In this document: piece after piece, positions 57,201 through 64,000 of the stretch
Position numbering within the stretch: the first letter of the stretch is position 1
Layout of the letters: each line of letters begins with the position of its first letter
Virus record (IMG/VR): IMGVR_UViG_3300022934_000003
Strand: one strand, 5' to 3'
From: a virus
Length of the DNA stretch: 64,000 bases
The notes under the pieces: generated by a model
The model's database searches: none
What the model was told of the DNA's origin: nothing
Seen by the model: the letters and a program-made list of their open reading frames with translations, nothing else
Translations under genes and position numbers: made by a program

Positions 57201-59719
57201 ACGATGGTATTGGACAACTTTCTCCGCAATGTGATATTTTACCTGATGTTGATACTAACCCAGAAAAAATTGAATTAGATTTAGCAACTCCATTTAAAGA
57301 TTTTGTAACTCAATTCCAAAAATTTTATCCATTAACTAAAACAGATTGGAAAGAAATTGTTGGTACTGTACAAATTGGTGATCCAAATGTTTGGCAAAGA
57401 ACAGAAGTACAAAGAGGTATTGAATCACAGTTAGAAGTTGGCACAGGAAAAACTAAAAAGATTTTTGATGGATCATTTGTAACTGATGTTGCATTTGAAC
57501 CTTATATGAGATCTAAAGAAATTAAAATATTTGTTTCAGGACTTCGTCCCAACACAAGACATTATTTTTATTTTGATGGAGAAGATGTAAGTTCATTTAT
57601 GTATAATGGAACAAATGTAACAGATGCAGCTGAGATCGAAAAACTTGGAGCAATTGGACAGCCAATTAAGGGACCAAATAATGAAGATATCTATCCAGGT
57701 ACAACAGATGATGATGGTGTATTAACTGCAGTATTTGGTCTACCAGGTGGTAAATTCTTTGTTGGCGAAAGAGTATTAACTATTGTTGATGTTCCAACAT
57801 ATGATAATATAGATTCAGCGTCTTCTTCAAAAGCAGAATTAACTTATTATGCTTATAATGTAGGATTAAGTAGTGCTACATTGTCTACAAGACCACCAGA
57901 GTTTACAATAAGAGAAACAGAAACTACTAGAAACTTACCAAGACGTAGAGTTCCACCTCAACCGTCTGGAGATCCTATTGCTCAAACATTCTTTATTAAG
58001 AAAGCTATGGGGCAATCAAGTAAAAATAGTCCAGGATCTAATTCAGTATTTGCTTCTAAAATAGATCTTTATTTTAAAAGAAAGAGTGATGCAGGTAATG
58101 GTATAACTGTAATGCTAAGAGAAGTAGTTAATGGTTATCCAAGTTCTGAAATTTTACCTTTTTCAAAAGTACACATAGATGCAGAAGATGTAAATGTTTC
58201 TGATGATGGAGAAAGTGTTACAACAGTAGAATTTAGAGCACCAATAAGATTGGATACAGAAACAGAATATGCGTTTGTTATTATGCCTGATGCCAATGAT
58301 CCAAACTATTTAATCTATACATCTAAGGTTGGAGGAATATCTTTGGGTGGTAGTACAATAGGACAAGCAGTAAGTGCTGACTGGGGAGACGGTGTTTTAT
58401 TTGCTTCAACAAATAATAGAGCATGGAAATCATATCAAGATGAAGATATTAAATTTACTTTATACAGACATGATTTTAATGCATTAACTGGTAGTGTTAC
58501 AATGACAAATAATGATCACGAATTCTTTACATTGAGTTCTTGGTCTGGTAGATTTAATGGCCCTTCAAGAGGTGTTTTAGATGCACCTGCAGAGATGGTT
58601 TATAAATCAATAGCAAATTCTGAATCAGTAAGTCTTACTACAGGAAATAATGTAATTACTTCTTCAACAGTTAATTTTGAAACAACGTATTCAGCAGGTG
58701 ATTATGTTCATGTAAATGATGGTGGTTCAAATAAAGAAATATTTAGAATTGCTTCTGTAGATAGTGCAACAGAAATGACACTTACTAAACCAAGTCCATT
58801 CACTGCTAGTAATGGAGCTGGTGAAGCAACACCAATTGTTGCTGGTTTAATTTCTCATTATAGCTCATTAGATAGATCTGTAATGCATCTTCAAGCAAGC
58901 TCTGCAACATCTACTAAGAAATTTGTAGCTGGAGATACTATTACAGGTTTTGATAGTGGTACAACAGCGACTATTGGAACAATTGATGATATCAATCTAA
59001 GTTATATTCAACCAATGATTATGAAAGCAAATGATTCAATTACAAATGTAACAATGAATGGTACTTTCGTAGATTCTACTAATCCAATTAATACATATAA
59101 TACTCCAATGAACTTTGGTTCTAATTTATATTTTAATAATGGTAAAGGAGTTGTTGTATATAGTAAATCAAATGATCCAAGTAGAACAAAACCATTTGAT
59201 ATAACATTAGAAATGGAAAATAGAGGTGAGAAAACATCTACGCCAGTTATTGATTTTGAAGTTTCTGGCTTATTAGCTTATCAATACGAAATAACTAATA
59301 CGTCATCAGCAACATCATCTAAATATATTTCTATTCCGGTAGAATTAGCTGAAGATTTAGATGCTGAAGATATGGAAGTTATTGTTACAGGATTTAGACC
59401 TGAGGGAACTAATATTAAAGTTTATATTAGACCACAAAATCCATATGATAGTTCTACATTTGATAATATTAATTGGATTGAATTAGAATTATTCAAAGGA
59501 GTTAATACATATTCTAATAATAGAAATCTAAATGATTGGAGAGAATTTAGATATAAAGTTGCTGATGCTAATAAAGATAGTAATGGCATTTTACAATATA
59601 CAAGTGATGCTGGTACATTCTCAGGATATAGAACATTTGCTATTAAAATTGAAATGTTAGCTCCTACTATGTTTGATGTTCCAACACTTAAAGATTATAG
59701 AGCAATTGCGTTGACATAA
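54263..59719 (+). CDS. large virion structural protein (VrlC/DUF4815-like)
   Basis: LN..PYFDDF, LFKP...VQARELTQLQ, APGADR, RTYEESG.Y, YTM.DI, DPIAQTF. Confidence 0.85.
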   Translation: MPINTDLNIAPYFDDFDIENQFYKILFKPAYAVQARELTQLQTILQNQVEQFGDNIFQDGSIIKGCTFTDLDGLQYVKVVDKSGVDVQTLIGGADTDIIGGVETEIDVAYELEGVQSGLKANIVSATRGFETRPPNLNTFYINYTNSNETGGYKQFIAGEQLRINRYKYNGGAIYSSELNIENINVTLQTDPVGKSFGIQSSAGVIFQKGHFLFSDAQTLIVSKYDDNPDGVSVGFEVKEELISSLQDPSLYDNANGSSNENAPGADRLKLIPSLVTKDTTLADVDSNFFSLIRYKNGAAVTLRDVSQFNSIATELANRTYEESGNYVVERFKVNAERRNNVLNALVGKGIAYVKGYRVEQRGDSNFAIDEVANTFTQSSATSFNYGAYVNITTANTGSQLNLEYDPVDLINSSNAKIGTAFVRNITPSEVYLFAVNMTGSNSIKDVVSINNNYLNADKVGIDASSILHEQHKAPAIFPTGTSSIKSITNINLPVRVSKDITGIAANQFTVVADADTDFAVENTDMLFVDASNKIIPITNYTTSNNNTELNIDLDPAYSSDSSGKLYYNIRKVGVEPYNKVAVEPYIKVNFTSATTKYSLGFPDVVEIMSVQDTALTEYKDSFRLQTNQKDGYYDISYMEYIPGRPLPANGVLTIQLKVFQLNTSTGDYFFNVNSYPVDDTSTSLPAGKIRSWSIPVYTGKNGIEYNLRECYDFRPYVNKDALADYNQLTPASAPTITTAVGAYTVSFSDNAGNHVIPALNGNSNADIEAYNKRIDVITMNSYGILNLVKGNEADRPIPPKTSEGELAICTITIPGYPALSPKEAAEQNKRDYAIKTQASGTEGYTMRDIAKIERKVESLEYYISLSQLEQDTENLLVLDENGLTRFKNGYVVDPFKDLNIANLIDPEFNAAVMSDREVLTPKQNHFPLDLKYKSGSNALPWPTTGIPEVGTLSRNVHVELLGQKYATNYRSCVSNYWKYDGIGQLSPQCDILPDVDTNPEKIELDLATPFKDFVTQFQKFYPLTKTDWKEIVGTVQIGDPNVWQRTEVQRGIESQLEVGTGKTKKIFDGSFVTDVAFEPYMRSKEIKIFVSGLRPNTRHYFYFDGEDVSSFMYNGTNVTDAAEIEKLGAIGQPIKGPNNEDIYPGTTDDDGVLTAVFGLPGGKFFVGERVLTIVDVPTYDNIDSASSSKAELTYYAYNVGLSSATLSTRPPEFTIRETETTRNLPRRRVPPQPSGDPIAQTFFIKKAMGQSSKNSPGSNSVFASKIDLYFKRKSDAGNGITVMLREVVNGYPSSEILPFSKVHIDAEDVNVSDDGESVTTVEFRAPIRLDTETEYAFVIMPDANDPNYLIYTSKVGGISLGGSTIGQAVSADWGDGVLFASTNNRAWKSYQDEDIKFTLYRHDFNALTGSVTMTNNDHEFFTLSSWSGRFNGPSRGVLDAPAEMVYKSIANSESVSLTTGNNVITSSTVNFETTYSAGDYVHVNDGGSNKEIFRIASVDSATEMTLTKPSPFTASNGAGEATPIVAGLISHYSSLDRSVMHLQASSATSTKKFVAGDTITGFDSGTTATIGTIDDINLSYIQPMIMKANDSITNVTMNGTFVDSTNPINTYNTPMNFGSNLYFNNGKGVVVYSKSNDPSRTKPFDITLEMENRGEKTSTPVIDFEVSGLLAYQYEITNTSSATSSKYISIPVELAEDLDAEDMEVIVTGFRPEGTNIKVYIRPQNPYDSSTFDNINWIELELFKGVNTYSNNRNLNDWREFRYKVADANKDSNGILQYTSDAGTFSGYRTFAIKIEMLAPTMFDVPTLKDYRAIALT

Positions 59720-59898
59720 TGTTAAAAAGACATTCAAAAAGTAATGCAGTAGTTAATACAGATGTACAAGCTCTAAATAAATATAAACAAGAAAGAGCAT
59801 TACATAGAAAAGTACAAAATTTGGATAAAGAAATTAATGAAGTTAAAAATCTTTTACAAGCAATTAATGAAAGATTGGATAAATTAGAGAGTAAGTAA
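59719..59898 (+). CDS. small coiled-coil protein (not in the track)
   Basis: AVVNTD..AL.KYK...EI.E.K.LL; fills the intergenic gap. Confidence 0.65.
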   Translation: MLKRHSKSNAVVNTDVQALNKYKQERALHRKVQNLDKEINEVKNLLQAINERLDKLESK

Positions 59899-61122
59899 AT
59901 GGCAAAACCAAGTATAACAAATATTACAACAACTCAAACTTTTCAAAATTGGTTTGATAAAACTAATGAACAAGTTGATTTGTGGCGAAATTCAGCTCTT
60001 ACAGCTTCAGTAGCTGGTGATTCTGTTACAGGTGATTCTATCCTTCTAGGAGAATTTACTGCAAATACTTTAATAGGTTATGATAAAGTAGAAACAGATT
60101 TAATTACTTCAAGAGTTACTGGTAATAATGTACACATAACTTCTCCAATTGAAGTTATTTCTTCTGCATCTAATATTTGTGCCACGTTCCAATTTAATTC
60201 AACAGGTGCTAGAACAAGATATACAGATGGTGCTAGTGCTTGGGATGTCGGATATGAAAATGCAACAGACGATCGTTTTATAATTACAACAGGTAGTGGT
60301 ACTCCACAATTTGCGTTATCTACTGATGGAACATTAGAGATTGAAACATTAAAAATTACAAATAGCATTGAAACATCTGGTGTTGGTGGTGATATTAATG
60401 TTGCAAATGTTACTAGTACTGATACACTTACTGCAAACACCGTTAATGTTACAAAGCTTACTTGTTTGGATATTAATGGAAACTTTACTGGTGATATCTA
60501 TCATCCTAATGCAGATTTTCCTGGTTTAGATAATTCGAATAAAATTTTTGAAAATGGTGGACCAACTAATAATAATCTTCCTACATTTAAAGGAAACGTA
60601 CAAGGAACAGTAAGTTCTTTATTAAACCATAATACTGATGCACTCGCAGAAGGTTCTACTAATCTTTATTTTACTACTGCAAGAGCAAGAGCTTCACTAA
60701 GCGCGGGCACTGGTGTAACTTACAATAATGGTACTGGTGTTATTTCAATTGGTCAAGCAGTTGGAACAGGTTCTAATGTTACATTTAATAATATAAATGC
60801 AAGTGGTAATATTCTTGCAGAAGGTAATATTACCGCGTTTGGTAGTATTTCAGATGCTACAATGAAAGAAAATATTAATCCTATTACAAATGCATTAGAT
60901 AAAATTTCACAATTAGGTGGATATACATTTAATTATAAAGGAGATGAAACTCCTATGACTGGTGTAATTGCGCAAGAATTAAAAGATGTTTTACCAGGCA
61001 TTGTTTATGAAACAACAGATCCAAGAACAAAAGAAACATGTTATGCAGTAAGACATGGAAATATTATAGGACTTTTAATAGAAGCAATTAAGGAATTGAA
61101 AGAACAAATTGGAAAAAAATAG
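59899..61122 (+). CDS. tail fibre with a C-terminal intramolecular chaperone (peptidase S74)
   Basis: SD..MKENI..I.NALDK, G..F.Y, GVIAQE, LLIEAIKEL. Confidence 0.85.
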   Translation: MAKPSITNITTTQTFQNWFDKTNEQVDLWRNSALTASVAGDSVTGDSILLGEFTANTLIGYDKVETDLITSRVTGNNVHITSPIEVISSASNICATFQFNSTGARTRYTDGASAWDVGYENATDDRFIITTGSGTPQFALSTDGTLEIETLKITNSIETSGVGGDINVANVTSTDTLTANTVNVTKLTCLDINGNFTGDIYHPNADFPGLDNSNKIFENGGPTNNNLPTFKGNVQGTVSSLLNHNTDALAEGSTNLYFTTARARASLSAGTGVTYNNGTGVISIGQAVGTGSNVTFNNINASGNILAEGNITAFGSISDATMKENINPITNALDKISQLGGYTFNYKGDETPMTGVIAQELKDVLPGIVYETTDPRTKETCYAVRHGNIIGLLIEAIKELKEQIGKK

Positions 61123-61125
61123 ATC

Positions 61126-62166
61126 ATGGCAATCAATCCTACTAATAATACAGTTACTTTAACTGCTATTCAAGATGAGTTTGGTGGTACAGAACCAACG
61201 TCTTTAAACGAATATTATCGAGGTGGAGCTTACGTTCCAGATACTCCAACAAATAGAACTTGTGGTAAAAGAAGAAAATCTGATGGATCATTTGTGGAGA
61301 CTGGTACTGGTATTCCAAAATCTGGAAAGATTGAATTTGATGACTTTTTCGGCTCAAGCGTTTTAGTACCATTAGAAGTTAGAATAACAGGATCAGGCGG
61401 AACTGGAGGACAAGGTTTTCAAGATGGAGCTGGTACAGGAAGAGCAGGATCAGGCGCAAAATGCGGTCTTATAACAGAAGCAACATACAACGCTAAAGTA
61501 CAATCAGGATCTTACAATAATGATTCTGATTGGGCAGCCTCTGATTTTATTCTTGGACAAAATACTGTATCTGGAGCCAATCAAAGAATGTATGCAAACG
61601 GTGGTCTTGGCGGATCAAATGGTAATCAAGGTGACACGGGTACTGACGGTAAAGCATCATATTATGGAACTGGAGGTGCAGGAGGTGCATCCTGGAAAGC
61701 TGGAGATGATGCCCCATTCAATTATGGCGCCGGAGGTGGTGGCGGTGGTGGAGATCCTTCTGGCGGATCTGATACCGGAGCAAGTATGCCGTATCCTTCA
61801 TCAGGTGCTGATGGTGGACGGCTTGAAATAGATGTAGCACGAGGTTATTATGGTGGCGGTGGTCCTCCTCCAGACGAGGCTGGTAAAGGTGGATCTGGCG
61901 GTGAGGCTGGCCAGACAATTACTTTTAAAGTTGAATTAGCACCAGGAACTTATTATGCCGTACTTGGTAAAGTTGGATCCAGAGCTACTGTTGGTAATTT
62001 TAATGGCGGACTTGGTGCAAAGGGTACACTTGCAATAACAACAGAGCTAGAATCAGGTCAAAACACTCAAATAGTACCAGCCCCGATCAGTGCCTCTAAT
62101 AGTCGACTATTAACAAATTTAGTAAAAATTACAATAAAAGGCAACGGAAGTGTTGTCATAGGATAA
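61126..62166 (+). CDS. glycine-rich tail fibre tip / adhesin-like protein
   Basis: IQ.EFGG..P.SL.EYYRGG N-terminus, I.F.DF.G, polyglycine tracts. Confidence 0.7.
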   Translation: MAINPTNNTVTLTAIQDEFGGTEPTSLNEYYRGGAYVPDTPTNRTCGKRRKSDGSFVETGTGIPKSGKIEFDDFFGSSVLVPLEVRITGSGGTGGQGFQDGAGTGRAGSGAKCGLITEATYNAKVQSGSYNNDSDWAASDFILGQNTVSGANQRMYANGGLGGSNGNQGDTGTDGKASYYGTGGAGGASWKAGDDAPFNYGAGGGGGGGDPSGGSDTGASMPYPSSGADGGRLEIDVARGYYGGGGPPPDEAGKGGSGGEAGQTITFKVELAPGTYYAVLGKVGSRATVGNFNGGLGAKGTLAITTELESGQNTQIVPAPISASNSRLLTNLVKITIKGNGSVVIG

Positions 62167-62184
62167 AAGGAATATAAATAATAT

Positions 62185-62799
62185 ATGAAACTAGCCGATC
62201 TGAACGAGTTTAGAGGATTTTATCCAATGCTAGATAAAGTATTGGACCAATATCCACATGACAGAATATGGAGACTGATTTTTTCTAGAAGACAGTCAGA
62301 TTTTTCTGTTGGTTTAGTCGTCAGATATGAGAACAATGATACTGATAGAGTACATTTCGAAACGTTAATAGGCTTTAAACTTCCGGATGATTTTTATCTA
62401 ACACCAGAGGGTAATATTGCTGCTATTTGTGTAGACTTAGAAAGTTTAAATACAGATAAAGTTAGATTATATAAAGATCAACCACACGGAAGGAGTCTGG
62501 TCGGACCAGGTGAACCTTGGATTGAAAACATTGGTTATTATCTTGATAGAGAAGCTAATGTATATGGTACTAAAACATATACAAGAGATGAAAAAGTAGG
62601 TGAATATAGAATTCACTATTATGATAAAGATAATAACTTACTTAAAGTTGAAAAAGAAGTCTTAGGTAAAATTTCTGATTGGAACGGACCAAGTGAAATA
62701 GTTGATGTTGTAAAAAAACAAAACTTATATTATGCTATGATGAAAAAAGTTAGTATAGACCAAGGTTACTTTATTGTTACCAACAATAGAATGCCTTAA
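62185..62799 (+). CDS. hypothetical protein
   Basis: 204-aa ORF preceded by TATAAATA. Confidence 0.65.
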   Translation: MKLADLNEFRGFYPMLDKVLDQYPHDRIWRLIFSRRQSDFSVGLVVRYENNDTDRVHFETLIGFKLPDDFYLTPEGNIAAICVDLESLNTDKVRLYKDQPHGRSLVGPGEPWIENIGYYLDREANVYGTKTYTRDEKVGEYRIHYYDKDNNLLKVEKEVLGKISDWNGPSEIVDVVKKQNLYYAMMKKVSIDQGYFIVTNNRMP

Positions 62800-62858
62800 G
62801 ATCATACTCATTTTTTTATAAATAATAGAAATTAATAACGTTTTAAAGGTACATATAC

Positions 62859-64000
62859 ATGTCAAAGATTTCAGAACTAGGTTCGATTAAGGGTAGTAAT
62901 ACTAGATCAGAAGACCTATTTGTCATCGTTAATTTAATTCAAGGCGATGACGGTACCAAAAACATCACCCGTAAAGAGCTTGTTGATGCTTTACAATATG
63001 AAATCTTTGCTAGAATTACCATCACTGGTGGTAACATCTCAGGCGTTAGAATATTTAGTGCAACACTAGATAATAACGTTCTTTCTGATAACCAAATTAT
63101 CAACGGTACTATGGAAGGTACCGATATTACCGAAGTAACTATTGATACAGCTGAGGCTAAGAACATTACAATGTCTGAGTCTGAAATTGCTAACTCAGAT
63201 TTCTCAGAAGGTACCGGTAATAATAACATCTTTACAAATACAATTGTTGACCAAGGTGAGTTAAATAATTCAACTGGTAATAATAATGTATTCACAAATT
63301 CTCGCATCGATGATTCAGAATATAATAATGTAACAATCGATCAAGGTACTGCAAACGGTCTTATCCTTACAAACATCGAAATCGATGAACTTATTCTTGA
63401 AGATGCATTCATCTCTAATTCAGAAATTATTACTACATGGTTCCATGATGGTGATATTTCAAATGTTGCAGTTTCTAATGCTACTGTAGTTGATTCTGAT
63501 TTTTCAAATGGTGTAATTAGAACAACAAGATTAGATGATGTAGATATTACAAATTCACGTTTCTCAAATGGTACAATTTGGGATTCAGGCTTCGCAAACA
63601 ATATTCATACTACAAGTATTTTTGATAACAACGTTTTCTCTAATGGAGAAATATTCGATACGAATGCTAATAACGTTGTTATGCAAAACTCTGAGATTTA
63701 TAACATTACAGGTAATAATGTTATCCTTACTAATATGTCAAATTCTGATCTTACTACATCAGATTTTTCTAATGGTACTGGTAACAATAATATTTGGACA
63801 AACTCAACAATTGATACCGCTGCAATTAGTAATGCAACACTTGCTAATTCTTCATTTACTGGTTCAATGGATGGTGTTGTTGCAAATGACTTAACAATTA
63901 CAAGTTCATCTGCTAATAATATGTCCTCTACATCATCTACATTTGATGGTGGTAAGATTACAAGATCAACATTCGAAGATGGTACAATTGATGAATCCAA
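62859..64000 (+). CDS. large structural protein with pentapeptide-like beta-solenoid repeats (runs off the window; not in the track)
   Basis: Open frame from MSKISELG to the window end; N/S/T/D-rich with a hydrophobic residue about every 5 aa; late promoter upstream. Confidence 0.8.
   Translation, partial: MSKISELGSIKGSNTRSEDLFVIVNLIQGDDGTKNITRKELVDALQYEIFARITITGGNISGVRIFSATLDNNVLSDNQIINGTMEGTDITEVTIDTAEAKNITMSESEIANSDFSEGTGNNNIFTNTIVDQGELNNSTGNNNVFTNSRIDDSEYNNVTIDQGTANGLILTNIEIDELILEDAFISNSEIITTWFHDGDISNVAVSNATVVDSDFSNGVIRTTRLDDVDITNSRFSNGTIWDSGFANNIHTTSIFDNNVFSNGEIFDTNANNVVMQNSEIYNITGNNVILTNMSNSDLTTSDFSNGTGNNNIWTNSTIDTAAISNATLANSSFTGSMDGVVANDLTITSSSANNMSSTSSTFDGGKITRSTFEDGTIDES

Noticed and set aside
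1-64000. CRISPR array, integrase, transposase, intron or intein
   Set aside because: No regularly spaced repeats or recognisable mobile-element motifs; gp43, gp39, gp46 and uvsW have uninterrupted normal lengths.
62939-64000. Minus-strand and short alternative-frame ORFs at the window end
   Set aside because: Explained by the long plus-strand ORF starting at 62859.

Overview
AT-rich segment of a large T4-like (myovirus) phage genome. The probable host is a marine sulfur-oxidising gammaproteobacterium (SUP05/Thioglobaceae-like); this is inferred from a DsrC/TusE-family gene and a sulfur-globule-protein-like gene. Layout: (1) 1-6 kb accessory and early region with the sulfur genes, galE and three tRNAs; (2) 6-19 kb replication/recombination core (gp52, gp39/60, gp3, uvsY, uvsW, gp55, inserted gcvH, gp47, gp46, gp43); (3) 19-21.5 kb small early ORFs behind a repeated 37-bp promoter; (4) 21.6-29.5 kb nucleotide and DNA-modification cluster (PD-(D/E)xK-like nuclease, Nmad1-like protein, dCMP hydroxymethylase, MazG-like, dCMP deaminase, ferredoxin, T4 beta-glucosyltransferase-like enzyme, UDP-galactopyranose mutase, atypical C5 methyltransferase, DexA, GT-A); (5) 29.6-33.7 kb clamp/clamp loader, regA, dUTPase, hsp20; (6) 33.8-64 kb tail, baseplate and fibre genes. 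Best candidates for undescribed biology: a pathway for furanosyl (galactofuranose-type) hypermodification of hydroxymethylcytosine; a cluster of GTCGAC palindromes centred on an orphan antisense promoter (possible origin); a lambda G/GT-like -1 frameshift joining gp26 and gp51; and a phage-borne sulfur globule protein beside dsrC/tusE. All family assignments come from motif recognition by eye, with no database searches.
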